Positions 41,122 to 51,552 of a stretch of DNA of 64,000 nt are shown piece by piece (positions within the stretch are counted from its first letter, which is position 1; every line of letters begins with the position of its first letter). Location of the stretch: positions 2,073-66,072 of the forward strand of contig JAKSUZ010000006.1 of assembly GCA_024408505.1 (NCBI GenBank), written 5' to 3'. This stretch comes from Bacilli bacterium. GTDB lineage: Bacteria; Bacillota_I; Bacilli_A; RFN20; CAG-826. Under the pieces are notes generated by a model. The model did no database searches. It saw nothing but the letters and a program-made list of their open reading frames with translations, and was not told the origin of the DNA. Made by a program: the position numbers and the translations under genes.

Positions 41122-41195
41122 TGGAGCAGGTGACGGGAATCGGACCCGCATAACTACCTTGGCAAGGTAGTGTTCTACCACTGAACTACACCTGC
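41122..41195 (-). tRNA. tRNA-Gly(GCC)
   Basis: Cloverleaf GCAGGTG..CACCTGC-T-CCA; anticodon arm CTACC-TTGCCAA-GGTAG; 74 nt; T-loop reads TCCGATT. Confidence 0.95.
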
Positions 41196-41254
41196 AAATG
41201 AGTGCCGTATTATTATAAATAAAGTATAATAAGTATTCAAGTATTAAAAAAATT

Positions 41255-42910
41255 ATGGATAAACAGATTGAATTAGCAGAATTAATGTTTCCAGAAATAA
41301 AGGAAACAATTGGTGATCTTGAGGCAAAATATCCGCCCCGTAATTTAATTGAGTCTGCTGAAATCACTCGGTTTGCGCCATCGCCTACTGGTTATTTACA
41401 TACTGGTAGTTTATTTACTTCATTAGTAAGTTATTATCTTGCTAAATCTACAAAAGGCGTTTTCTTTGTACGTTTAGAAGATACTGATACAAAGCGTGAG
41501 ATTAAAGGCGCTGGCGAAGCGCTTATTAAAGAATTAAAGAATTTTAATATTGCACCGATGGAAGGATATGGTACAGATAAAGGGCGCTATGCTCCATATG
41601 AACAAAGTAAACGTGCTAGCATTTATAAAACAGTCATTAAAGAATTAGTGAAACAAGGTTTAGCATATCCATGTTTCTGCACACCAGAAGAGTTAGATGA
41701 AATTCGCCAAGTTCAAGAAAAGACTAAACAATTGCCTGGTTATTATGGTAGCTATGCTAAGTGTCGTTATTTAAGTGCGGAAGATGCAATTAAATTAATT
41801 AAAGAAGGGAAACCTTATGTGGTGCGTTTCCGCAGTAACGGCAATCACAATAATAAGATTCGCGTTCACGATGAAATTCGTGGAGATATTGATATTAGTG
41901 AAAATGAATTAGATGTCGTTATTTTAAAAAGTGATGGCCTACCAACTTATCACTTCGCGCATGTTGTGGATGATCACTTTATGAAAACTACAACGGTTAC
42001 TCGAGGCGAAGAATGGATATCTTCTCTTCCAATTCATTTAGAAATGTTTAAAGCATTAAAATGGAAGGCTCCTAAGTTCGCTCACTTACCTTTAATTAAT
42101 AAATTAGATAATGGCAATAAACGTAAATTAAGCAAAAGAAAAGATCCAGAAGCGGCAGTGACTTATTTCTTTGAAGAAGGCTATCCTCCTGAAGCAGTTC
42201 TTGTTTATTTAATGAGTATTGCTAATTCAAATTTTGAAGAATGGATGATTGCTAATAAAAGTTTTGATTTAGATAAATTCCCATTCTCCATTCATAAGAT
42301 GAGTCTTGATGGTGCGTTATTTGATTTAGATAAATTAGCATATTTCTCTAAAGAATTTTTAGCGCATTTAACTGCGGATGAAATGAGTAAACGTGCTCTA
42401 GAATATGCAAAAAAATATGATCCAAAATTATTAGCGCTTATTAATAAAGATATTGCTTATTTCACGAAAATTATGAATATTGAACGCGATAAAGAAAATC
42501 CAAGAAAAGACTACGCTAAATTTAAAGATATTTATAATGTTATCCGTTTCTTCTACGACGACGAATATAACGAAATAATTAAGAACGGATATCCATTTAA
42601 TCCAAATATTAAAAAAGAAGTTATCGCTAATGTGTTAACTGATTTTATGAATACAAACGACTTTTCACTTAATGAGCAAGATTGGTTTAATACGGTTAAA
42701 GTTTTGGGTGAAAAATATGGTTTTGCAAGCGATAGAAAAGCTTATAAGGCTAACAAGGATAAATACCTCGGAATGGTGAGCGATGTAGCGGAGATGATTC
42801 GAATTGCGTTAACCGGCAATAAGAATTCACCGAATCTATACTATGTTTTACATATTCTCCCAAAAGAGACAATAAATAATAGAATTAAACAAGCAATAAG
42901 CGTAAAATAA
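41255..42910 (+). CDS. gltX: Glutamate--tRNA ligase
   Basis: TRFAPSPTGYLHTG, RLEDTD, PTYHFAHVVDDH, RGEEW, KLSKR. Confidence 0.95.
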   Translation: MDKQIELAELMFPEIKETIGDLEAKYPPRNLIESAEITRFAPSPTGYLHTGSLFTSLVSYYLAKSTKGVFFVRLEDTDTKREIKGAGEALIKELKNFNIAPMEGYGTDKGRYAPYEQSKRASIYKTVIKELVKQGLAYPCFCTPEELDEIRQVQEKTKQLPGYYGSYAKCRYLSAEDAIKLIKEGKPYVVRFRSNGNHNNKIRVHDEIRGDIDISENELDVVILKSDGLPTYHFAHVVDDHFMKTTTVTRGEEWISSLPIHLEMFKALKWKAPKFAHLPLINKLDNGNKRKLSKRKDPEAAVTYFFEEGYPPEAVLVYLMSIANSNFEEWMIANKSFDLDKFPFSIHKMSLDGALFDLDKLAYFSKEFLAHLTADEMSKRALEYAKKYDPKLLALINKDIAYFTKIMNIERDKENPRKDYAKFKDIYNVIRFFYDDEYNEIIKNGYPFNPNIKKEVIANVLTDFMNTNDFSLNEQDWFNTVKVLGEKYGFASDRKAYKANKDKYLGMVSDVAEMIRIALTGNKNSPNLYYVLHILPKETINNRIKQAISVK

Positions 42911-42919
42911 TATTCACGT

Positions 42920-42995
42920 GGTCCCATGGTCAAGCGGTTCAAGACGCAACCCTCTCAAGGTTGAATCCCGGGTTCGATTCCCGGTGGGATCACCA
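42920..42995 (+). tRNA. tRNA-Glu(CTC)
   Basis: GGTCCCA..TGGGATC-A-CCA; anticodon arm CAACC-CTCTCAA-GGTTG; GGTTCGATTCC. Confidence 0.96.
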
Positions 42996-43010
42996 AAAAT
43001 ATTAATTTAT

Positions 43011-44363
43011 TTATTCTACACGATATTGCTTACCGAGCTCGATAGCTTCGTCAAATCTATTTATTACATCATTATATTTATAATATCCATCAGCGTTCTT
43101 TGTTAAACGATTAAATTCTAAATCATAGAACATTGGCGGATTATCTAAAGAAGTGATTTCACAACTTCTTAATTGTGAAGTCGTGTTATAAACCATAATG
43201 GGTTTGATATATTTAGTGTCCTCATTAGCTTTAGAATATTCTTCAAACATCATTTTTACACCGATTGGGGATTTACAAGAAATCGCTCCTGGGAGTTTAT
43301 ATTCTTTTATATCTAATGCCGATACTAAAGAAGTTATAGTGCTATCGTGTCCGCAAAGGAAAGTAAATTGTCTATCCTCTTCTTCTAATTCACTCTTCAT
43401 CAGTTTCATCATTTCAACCATTACGTGTGTTGCTAATGTTCTAGTGCCTTCACAAATTTCTTGATACATATCTCCAATCGAACAAATCTCTATAATTTGC
43501 TTTTCAGTTAATTGATGGCCGAATAACGCTTTATTAATGTTTGGTTCTTCATAGATTTGAAGTTTAAAAGCATCAACTGCACTATTAGCGAGTTTTAATC
43601 CACCAGTCATTTTGTCCCCGAGTTCTTTATCAACTTCAAATTTCACTGCATTATCATCTAACGGAATATGTTCTATATTATTCTCCTTTGCGTATTTAGA
43701 AACTTTAAAGTCTAGTGTATCTTCTAATAATTTATAAGCATTTTTTAATTTATAACCCACACCAGTAAAGCCTTGTTCACCGCAAATCTCGTCAATGTCG
43801 GAACGAACTTTTTCTTCGAACCCTTCTTTGTGCTCCTTAATGATAGGGCAGAATATTGGATTTACTGTTCCGTAAGGTTTTTGATAATCAATTTTAATAT
43901 CTCCTACTGGTAACATACCGGTAGCGAAGAAGTTAGCAGTCGCGATTGTTCTTTGCATTGAATTAGAATAAAACCAAGTCTCTCCTTCATCGGGAATCCA
44001 ATTTTCAGGTATCATCTCTTTGGCTTCCAAATATTTTCTAAAAAATTGGCCCATGTTGGTTTCAAGTTGACCACCCTTAACTGATAATTCGCCTGATTTA
44101 GAAGTCCATTTAAACCATTCGTGGGGTGTGATTTCACCTAATGTAGACCCATCGCCAGTAAGTGGAGAACGAATATTGTGTCTACTCATAATAAGTACTT
44201 TTTCTAGTTTATAGTCACCATCATCTAATACAATTGCTGGTTCTAAATCATCATGATGAAAGATGTCGACGTTAGCATTGTTTGCGCAACTTGTAACAAG
44301 AGTGCAAGTGACCATAATTAGCGAACAGAAAACTATGTGTCTATAATTGTTGAGTTTATTCAT
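43011..44363 (-). CDS. Histidine acid phosphatase (glucose-1-phosphatase/phytase-like) lipoprotein
   Basis: SRHNIRSP and GHDS catalytic motifs; LVTSC lipobox. Confidence 0.9.
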   Translation of the reverse strand: MNKLNNYRHIVFCSLIMVTCTLVTSCANNANVDIFHHDDLEPAIVLDDGDYKLEKVLIMSRHNIRSPLTGDGSTLGEITPHEWFKWTSKSGELSVKGGQLETNMGQFFRKYLEAKEMIPENWIPDEGETWFYSNSMQRTIATANFFATGMLPVGDIKIDYQKPYGTVNPIFCPIIKEHKEGFEEKVRSDIDEICGEQGFTGVGYKLKNAYKLLEDTLDFKVSKYAKENNIEHIPLDDNAVKFEVDKELGDKMTGGLKLANSAVDAFKLQIYEEPNINKALFGHQLTEKQIIEICSIGDMYQEICEGTRTLATHVMVEMMKLMKSELEEEDRQFTFLCGHDSTITSLVSALDIKEYKLPGAISCKSPIGVKMMFEEYSKANEDTKYIKPIMVYNTTSQLRSCEITSLDNPPMFYDLEFNRLTKNADGYYKYNDVINRFDEAIELGKQYRVE

Positions 44364-44430
44364 TTTGTATACCTCTTAACATAAATTTTATAATGCCATT
44401 ATAACATTATTGTAAAATATACATTAGATT

Positions 44431-45336
44431 ATGAAGGCGATCTTTGTTTATTCAGTTCTTTCTGGATTCATTAATATAACGCGTTTTATTCCTTTAATTG
44501 AGCGAAAGTTGAAAGAGAAATTTTCAGAATTAAAAATTATTGAAACTAAAAATGAGGAAGAATTAAAAGAAGCATGTCTATTAGCATGTAAAGAATATGA
44601 ATATTTAATTTTTGTGGGCGGAGATGGTGCGGTCAATTCAGTTATTAACAATATCGCCAATCAAGAAAAGAAACCGATATTAGGTTATATTCCTGGAGGG
44701 ACCACTAATGATTTTGCAAAGAATTTTAAACTTTCACGTAGTATACGCTCTGCCTTAAAAAAGATTATTAAAGGCGCTCCCGCTCCGTTTGATATTTTTA
44801 AAGTTAATAATAAATATGTAGCTTATGTTTTAGCTTGTGGGGCTTTTAGCGAAATATCATATACCGCTAAAAGAAAAACCAAAAAAGCAGTCGGCCCTTT
44901 AGCATATTATCTACTAGCAATGCGTGATGTTTTTATTCCTAGACGCGTAATCGGAAAATTGTCTTGTAATGGAAAAAGCTATGATGTGAACACACCGTTT
45001 TTGTTAGTGCTTAATGGTAACCATGTTGGCGGTTTCTATTTAAATTTTAAGAACAAAATTAATGATGGCAAATTTAATATCTATATTACTAAACCGGGCG
45101 TGTTTAATGGTTTGCTTCATTATCTATTCTTTAAGATGAAGACGGTCAAAATTCAGACTGATCATTTTACTTTTACTTTTTTAAGTAAACCTACTCCATG
45201 GTGCATTGATGGTGAACTCGCAAATATGGAAAATGTCGAAGTAAAATGTTATCCAGCTCATTTAAAAATAATGACTTCAAAACGAATGGCGAAAAAACTT
45301 TATAGTCAACAAGCGGTGGCGGTAGAACAAAAATGA
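44431..45336 (+). CDS. Diacylglycerol/lipid kinase family protein
   Basis: GGDG, PGGTTNDFA, IDGE. Confidence 0.9.
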   Translation: MKAIFVYSVLSGFINITRFIPLIERKLKEKFSELKIIETKNEEELKEACLLACKEYEYLIFVGGDGAVNSVINNIANQEKKPILGYIPGGTTNDFAKNFKLSRSIRSALKKIIKGAPAPFDIFKVNNKYVAYVLACGAFSEISYTAKRKTKKAVGPLAYYLLAMRDVFIPRRVIGKLSCNGKSYDVNTPFLLVLNGNHVGGFYLNFKNKINDGKFNIYITKPGVFNGLLHYLFFKMKTVKIQTDHFTFTFLSKPTPWCIDGELANMENVEVKCYPAHLKIMTSKRMAKKLYSQQAVAVEQK

Positions 45337-47198
45337 AAAATTATGATGTGATAGTGGTTGGTGGTGGACATGCGGGCGTTGAGGCTGCGCTTGTTTCAGC
45401 GCGAATGGGCGTTAAAACCTTATTGACCACATTAAATATCAAAAAGATGTCTAACATGCCTTGTAATCCTTCGATTGGCGGTTCTGCGAAAGGAATTGTG
45501 GTACGCGAGATTGATGCAATGGGCGGAGCAATGGGGATTGCAGCTGATCATACCTATTTACAAATGAAAATGCTTAACACTGGTAAAGGACCAGGAGTTC
45601 AATGTCTAAGAGCGCAGTGTGATAAATATGATTATCCACACTATATGCAAGAGCTATGTTTACATACCAAAAATTTAACGGTTAAAGAATGTGAAGTGAA
45701 GGAACTTATTTACGATAAACATAAGGTTAGTGGTGTTATTACTAATAAAAAAGAACGTATAAAAGCTAAAGCAGTCATTATTACTACTGGAACTTTTATG
45801 AATGCTTATATTTATCATGGGAAAAATAAAATAAGTGCTGGTCCTGATGGTGAAAAGCCTAGTATTGGACTTAGTGATTGCCTTCGTAAAATGGGACTAT
45901 CACTAATTCGTTTAAAGACCGGAACTCCTCCACGCATTAAACGCGAATCAATTGATTTTAAGAAAACCGAAATTCAATTAGGAACGCCTGGTAAATTAGC
46001 ATTCTCTTATCTTACGAACAAATTCGTGGATATTAAAAAACAATTACCGTGTTATTTAATCTATACAAACGAAAAGACACATGCATTAATACGTGCGCAT
46101 CTTGATGAATCCGCTCAATATAATGGAACTGTTCAAGCAACTGGTCCTCGTTATTGTCCAAGTATCGAAGGTAAAGTGATGACCTTCAAAGATAAGAAGA
46201 GACATCAATTATTTTTAGAGCCTGAATATAAGGATCAAGAATCAATTTATCTACAAGGTTTCTCAACTTCTATGTCTCATCCAGTTCAGGAAAAGATGGT
46301 GCATTCTTTGAAAGGACTTGAAAAAGCAGTTTTTCTTAAATATGCTTATGCGATTGAATACGATGCCATTGATCCACTTGAATTTAATCTTTCGTTAGGC
46401 GTAAAAAAATACCAAGGATTATATGGCGCTGGACAAATATGTGGTACTTCAGGATATGAAGAAGCCGCAGGCTTAGGATTAGTCGCTGGCATTAACGCTG
46501 TCCATTATATTAAAAAGAAAAAACCATTTATTTTAAAGCGCAATGAATCATATATTGGAGTAATGATTGATGATATTGTCACTAAAGGCATTACTGAACC
46601 ATATCGTTTACTATCAAGTCGTGCTGAATATCGATTGTTGCTTCGTCATGATAATGCAGATATTCGTTTAACACCTATCGCAAAGAAACTAGGCATTATT
46701 GATAATAAGCGCTATCAAATGTTTATTAAGAAAAATGAACAAATAAAAAAAGCGATGAAGTTATTAAACGTCACTCGCTTTGGTAGTAAAAGTGAAGTGA
46801 ATGCCTATTTAAAAACATTAAAGTACGATAATTTATCTGCAGGTACTTCGGCTTTAGATTTATTACGTCGCCCAAATGTTAGACTTGTTGAGCTATATTC
46901 ATATGTTAAAGGATTAAAGGAACTTAAATTAACTGATATCGCTATTTTCCAAATTGAAGTGAGTGTAAAATATGAAGGTTACATTCGTAAGCAATTAAAA
47001 GAAGCAACTGAATTTAATAAGATTGAAGATACATTAATTCCGAATAATATTGATTATCTTCATATGGATGGTTTAGCCTTAGAAGCTAGACAAAAAATGG
47101 ATAAGATTAGACCACATTCAATTGGACAAGCAAGTCGTATCTCCGGTGTAAATCCAAGTGATATCGCTATCTTAGTGCTAAACTTAAAGAAGAAATAA
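45333..47198 (+). CDS. mnmG: tRNA U34 carboxymethylaminomethyl modification enzyme
   Basis: GGGHAGVEAA, CNPSIGG, RLKTGTPPR, GPRYCPSIE, GYEEAA, SRAEYRL. Confidence 0.98.
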   Translation: MKNYDVIVVGGGHAGVEAALVSARMGVKTLLTTLNIKKMSNMPCNPSIGGSAKGIVVREIDAMGGAMGIAADHTYLQMKMLNTGKGPGVQCLRAQCDKYDYPHYMQELCLHTKNLTVKECEVKELIYDKHKVSGVITNKKERIKAKAVIITTGTFMNAYIYHGKNKISAGPDGEKPSIGLSDCLRKMGLSLIRLKTGTPPRIKRESIDFKKTEIQLGTPGKLAFSYLTNKFVDIKKQLPCYLIYTNEKTHALIRAHLDESAQYNGTVQATGPRYCPSIEGKVMTFKDKKRHQLFLEPEYKDQESIYLQGFSTSMSHPVQEKMVHSLKGLEKAVFLKYAYAIEYDAIDPLEFNLSLGVKKYQGLYGAGQICGTSGYEEAAGLGLVAGINAVHYIKKKKPFILKRNESYIGVMIDDIVTKGITEPYRLLSSRAEYRLLLRHDNADIRLTPIAKKLGIIDNKRYQMFIKKNEQIKKAMKLLNVTRFGSKSEVNAYLKTLKYDNLSAGTSALDLLRRPNVRLVELYSYVKGLKELKLTDIAIFQIEVSVKYEGYIRKQLKEATEFNKIEDTLIPNNIDYLHMDGLALEARQKMDKIRPHSIGQASRISGVNPSDIAILVLNLKKK

Positions 47199-47200
47199 TT

Positions 47201-47872
47201 ATGACTTATCAAGAATTAGAAAAAGAATTTAATATCAACGCGAAACAAGTTGATAAGTTTTTAACTTATTTATTAGAGACTAATAAAAAGATGAACTTAA
47301 CTGCGATTACCAATAAAGAAGAAATGATTAGTAAACATATTTATGATTCATTACTTATTAGTAAAGCTTATGATTTTAAAAACAAAACTATTTTAGATGT
47401 TGGTAGCGGTGGAGGTTTCCCTGGCATTCCGCTTGCAATGCTTTATCCAACTTCACATTTTGTGTTAGTGGATTCAACCATGAAGAAAGTTAAATATTTA
47501 GATGAAGTCGCTAAGGCGCTTAATCTTACAAACGTTGAAGTGAAATGCGCTCGTGTTGAAGAGTTAAACGAAAAAGAAAAATACGATGTGGTAATTGCTC
47601 GTGCTTTAGCAGAATTAAGAATTTATCTTGAACTTGTTACTTACCTAGTAAAAGTAAATGGAAACGTTATTGCGCTTAAAGGAAAAAATGCAAACGATGA
47701 ATTAGCCGCTAGCGATAACGCAATCAAGAAATTAAACTTATCATTAAATAAAATACAAGCCACCGCAATTCCTACAGGTGAAAAACGTATGAATCTGATT
47801 TTCACTAAAATTAAAAGTACGGATAAATCCTATCCACGCGAATTTAGTCAAATTAAAAAAAGACCACTATAA
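47201..47872 (+). CDS. rsmG: 16S rRNA m7G527 methyltransferase
   Basis: NLTAI, HIYDSL, DVGSGGGFPGIP, ARA, YPR. Confidence 0.96.
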   Translation: MTYQELEKEFNINAKQVDKFLTYLLETNKKMNLTAITNKEEMISKHIYDSLLISKAYDFKNKTILDVGSGGGFPGIPLAMLYPTSHFVLVDSTMKKVKYLDEVAKALNLTNVEVKCARVEELNEKEKYDVVIARALAELRIYLELVTYLVKVNGNVIALKGKNANDELAASDNAIKKLNLSLNKIQATAIPTGEKRMNLIFTKIKSTDKSYPREFSQIKKRPL

Positions 47873-47890
47873 TATAAGGAGAGGTATTCT

Positions 47891-48490
47891 ATGAATAAGA
47901 CTAACAAAACTTTAAAAATTATCACCGCTTCAACAATTGCAATTGCGAGCCTTGTAATGGTTATTCTTGCAATTGTTAATTTAGCGAAAAATGGTAGTGG
48001 TGAATCGGAAACCATCGCTTTCCGCATCATCGCTTGTGTTCTTCTTGTTTTAGCTTCAATATTATCAACTTGTTTAGTTGTTGGTGATAATCCACGTCAC
48101 TTTGACGCTAGATTAGTTATTTATAATGGTCTATTACTTGGCACAGGTATTTTTGTAGTTTTACCAGTAGCCGGAGAAGTCGCCGATATTATGGTCGGTT
48201 ATTTAATCCCTTGTTTCCTTATCGGTCTTGGCGTTTTCTTTGTTGTCGCTACTATCATTAGCTTAATTAAGAAAATTAATAATAAAAACACGGATGTTGT
48301 TGCGCTAATTCTTGGTATCCTATTGCTTGTCGCAGGCATTCTTCTTCTTTGTTACGCAGAGAAAACAACCAAAGTTTTATGGTTAGTTATAGGCATTATC
48401 CTACTTGCATCTTCAATTATCGCTTTAGTGAACATAATTAAAAAAGATAAAGTAAAAACTATTGATGTTACTGATACTACAAAGAATTAA
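47891..48490 (+). CDS. Six-TM membrane protein, function unknown (HdeD/DUF308-like pattern)
   Basis: Six hydrophobic helices; AAGGAGAGG SD. Confidence 0.75.
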   Translation: MNKTNKTLKIITASTIAIASLVMVILAIVNLAKNGSGESETIAFRIIACVLLVLASILSTCLVVGDNPRHFDARLVIYNGLLLGTGIFVVLPVAGEVADIMVGYLIPCFLIGLGVFFVVATIISLIKKINNKNTDVVALILGILLLVAGILLLCYAEKTTKVLWLVIGIILLASSIIALVNIIKKDKVKTIDVTDTTKN

Positions 48491-49320
48491 TTATTCTTAC
48501 TAATATTTTCTAAAAACTTATCTTTTTCTTTATTGTTAGTGAAACTAATCACTAGAGTTTTATCTTTATTATCTACTTCGCATTTAAATTTCTTTAATAA
48601 GATTACCGAAGTATCTTGATTACCTTTTGCATGTTTCTTTTTCGCTAAACCTTCAATCTCACGAACTGATAAACCTTCTTCGTAGATTTTATTCACCAGT
48701 TCTTCAATTGAAGTTTCTGGTAATGATGCAATCGCTTTAGCGTGTCCATAACTTAACTTACCAACCGAGATATCATCAATAATCCATTTTGGTAAATTAA
48801 GTAATCTTAAGATATTAGTAATTTGTGAACGTGATTGATGAGCGAGCTCCGCTAAAGTAGTTTGATTGTAATTATATTTCTCGCTTAATTCTTTTAAGAC
48901 TAATGCAGTTTCGATAATATTCGCATCCCGTTGTTCGCGGTTATCCGCAAGTAGCATAAAAAGCATTTCTTCATCGCTTACATTAATGATTCTTGCGGGT
49001 GCTTTATAAATCTTATATTTCTTCATCGCTAATAAACGCTTACGACCAAAAACGATTTCGTAATAGTTTTTCTTAGGACGCACAATTAATGGATTAGTTA
49101 ATCCATTTTTATTAATACTATCCGCGATATTTTTTAAAGCATCATTAGGGATTACTGCACTTTTAATAATTGCATTGTCATCAATATTAGTCACTAACAA
49201 TTCGGTTGATTTAGCTTGACGGAGATTTTTCTCCATCTCTTCGATTACATAGCTCTTTGAAAAACGATTAACTAATTTAGAGAGTTGGTTTTTCTTTAGC
49301 AATCTATTTGTTTTGTTCAT
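48487..49320 (-). CDS. parB: ParB/Spo0J partition protein
   Basis: NGLTNPLIVR, GRKR, DNREQRDAN, HTH SRSQITNILRLL, LSYGHAKA, LSVRE. Confidence 0.92.
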   Translation of the reverse strand: MNKTNRLLKKNQLSKLVNRFSKSYVIEEMEKNLRQAKSTELLVTNIDDNAIIKSAVIPNDALKNIADSINKNGLTNPLIVRPKKNYYEIVFGRKRLLAMKKYKIYKAPARIINVSDEEMLFMLLADNREQRDANIIETALVLKELSEKYNYNQTTLAELAHQSRSQITNILRLLNLPKWIIDDISVGKLSYGHAKAIASLPETSIEELVNKIYEEGLSVREIEGLAKKKHAKGNQDTSVILLKKFKCEVDNKDKTLVISFTNNKEKDKFLENISKNN

Positions 49321-50077
49321 GATCTAATAATTCCTTCGCAAGTGATGCATACGAAACGCTACCAGCACTCGTAGGACGATATTCACTAACTGGCATTAAT
49401 TTAGCAGTAGCTTCAGGAATTGAAACGTTTCTGGGAATAACTGAGATAAATGTATTCTCTTTAAAGAGCGATCTTACTTCTTGAGCGATTTCGCTACTTA
49501 AATTCGTATGAGTATCAAACATAGTTAACACAAAACCTTCAATTGCTAAATTAGGATTGTGTAAACGTTTTACTTCACTAATGGTTCCGAGGATTTGTGC
49601 AATGGCCTCCATTGCAAAATATTCGCACTGAACAGGAATTAAAATACTGTTAGATGCCGTTAAGGCATTGATGGTTAATAAGCCTAAAGATGGAGGACAA
49701 TCAATTAAAACATAATCGTATTTCTTTTTAATTAGACTCATGGTTTCTTTAAGACGATTATGTGGTTGATTAGTGACATTCGAAATAGTGATACCAAAAT
49801 TCGCTAAGTTGAGATTACTTGGTATGATGTCGATTCCCTTATACGAAGTAGTTCTAATTACTTCATTGACATCTTTTTGATTAATTAAAGCTTCAAATAA
49901 AGTATTTTTAATTGCATTAATATCAATACCAACACCACGAGATGAATTGCCTTGTGGGTCCATATCAATAATCAAAACATGTTTATCTAAGTTACCTAAA
50001 GCAGCAGCTAAATTAATGGTGGTGGTAGTCTTACCTACGCCACCTTTTTGATTGGCAATTGAAATAATCTTACCCAT
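49304..50077 (-). CDS. parA: ParA/Soj ATPase
   Basis: NQKGGVGKTTT, DMDPQGN, DCPPSLG, PVQCEY. Confidence 0.96.
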   Translation of the reverse strand: MGKIISIANQKGGVGKTTTTINLAAALGNLDKHVLIIDMDPQGNSSRGVGIDINAIKNTLFEALINQKDVNEVIRTTSYKGIDIIPSNLNLANFGITISNVTNQPHNRLKETMSLIKKKYDYVLIDCPPSLGLLTINALTASNSILIPVQCEYFAMEAIAQILGTISEVKRLHNPNLAIEGFVLTMFDTHTNLSSEIAQEVRSLFKENTFISVIPRNVSIPEATAKLMPVSEYRPTSAGSVSYASLAKELLDHEQNK

Positions 50078-50116
50078 GCACTTATATTATAATGTTTCAC
50101 GGATAGTTTCACAAAA

Positions 50117-51550
50117 TTATATTTTCTTAATTAAAGGATATAGTTTTCGATACGTTAAATATTTCTTTTGATAGTAGTTAACTAATTTTGGATCTTTTTT
50201 AATTACTTTAGTAACTTTAACAATTTTATTAGTGGCTTGTTCAATTGATTTATATTCTTTGTTTGCAACCATCGCTAAAATAGCTGCACCTAAACCTGGC
50301 CCCTCATCCGCATTAATTAATTTAACATTTACGTTTAGGATATTCGCAATTAGGCTTGGCCAAACATCAGATTTTGCGCCACCGCCACAAACGGTAGTTT
50401 CTTTTACATTGATTCCCATATCGCGTGCGATATTGAGACAATCTTTTAATGCAAATGTCACTCCTTCAAGAACCGCTAATGACATATCGTTATTAGTGGT
50501 ATTACTTCTTAAATTAAAGAATGCACCCGTTGCGCTTGGATCATTATATGGGCATCTTTCGCCAGTTAAATAAGGTAAGAAATAAATATCATTTTTCTTT
50601 ATAGTAATCTTACGATTAACTTTTGCATTAATAATTTTACTCCACCAATTATAAGCACTAGCTGCACTAAGAATGCAACCCATTAAATAATATTTACTAT
50701 TTGCGTGATTAAATGAATGAATCGGTAAAGTCTTACCATCATGATAAGTATCAGAAGCGATTAAAATTGTTCCACTTGTACCAAGTGAAATGTTACAAGC
50801 GTTGTTCTTAATTGTGTTAGTGCCAATCGCAGCAATTGCATTATCTGCTCCGCCAGCAACAATCTTAACATCAGTATTTAAACCAAGATCATTCGCGACT
50901 TTCTTATTAATCTTTTTTACTACTTGATAACTTTCATAAATCTTTGGTAGTTGTTCTTTTTTAACACCAACAATTTTTAGCATTTCGTTTGACCACTTCT
51001 TTCTTTTAACATCAAGAAGTAGCGTTCCCGCGGCATCACTATAATCCGTGGCAAAGCATTTAGTGAATTGATAAATAAGATAATCTTTCGGGAGCATAAT
51101 CTTATTAATCTTTTTATAGTTTGCTGGTTCATGTTTTTTAACCCACATAATCTTTGGAGAAGTAAATCCATTAAAAGCGATATTGCCGGTTAAAGCATTT
51201 AACTTCTTTTTATTTTTATTTAATAACTGAGTGAATTCTTCACTCCGATTGTCGTTCCAAAGAATACAAGGTCTAATAACATTATCATCTTTATCAAGCA
51301 TTACTAGTCCATGCATTTGCCCACTAAAGGAAATGGCTTTAACATTCTTTTTATTTGTTTTGCTTAATAAAGTCTTTAATCCAGAAATAGTAGCGGACCA
51401 CCAACGATTAGGATCTTGTTCAGAAAAATTCACTTGTGGAATATTAACTGGATAGGCAACGCTAACAGAGTTAAGAACTTTACCTGTGTGGTTAACTAAA
51501 AGTAATTTAACTGCACTAGTGCCTAAATCAATTCCTATATATGTATTCAT
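50117..51550 (-). CDS. xylB: Xylulokinase
   Basis: GIDLGTS, SGQMHG, LWND, PYLTGERCP, GGGAKS; xylA nearby. Confidence 0.93.
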   Translation of the reverse strand: MNTYIGIDLGTSAVKLLLVNHTGKVLNSVSVAYPVNIPQVNFSEQDPNRWWSATISGLKTLLSKTNKKNVKAISFSGQMHGLVMLDKDDNVIRPCILWNDNRSEEFTQLLNKNKKKLNALTGNIAFNGFTSPKIMWVKKHEPANYKKINKIMLPKDYLIYQFTKCFATDYSDAAGTLLLDVKRKKWSNEMLKIVGVKKEQLPKIYESYQVVKKINKKVANDLGLNTDVKIVAGGADNAIAAIGTNTIKNNACNISLGTSGTILIASDTYHDGKTLPIHSFNHANSKYYLMGCILSAASAYNWWSKIINAKVNRKITIKKNDIYFLPYLTGERCPYNDPSATGAFFNLRSNTTNNDMSLAVLEGVTFALKDCLNIARDMGINVKETTVCGGGAKSDVWPSLIANILNVNVKLINADEGPGLGAAILAMVANKEYKSIEQATNKIVKVTKVIKKDPKLVNYYQKKYLTYRKLYPLIKKI

Positions 51551-51552
51551 GA

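Noticed and set aside
41110-41367. 85-aa minus-strand ORF
   Set aside because: Overlaps tRNA-Gly and is antisense to gltX; shadow ORF.
42918-43106. 62-aa plus-strand ORF
   Set aside because: Translation of tRNA-Glu plus antisense of the phosphatase gene.
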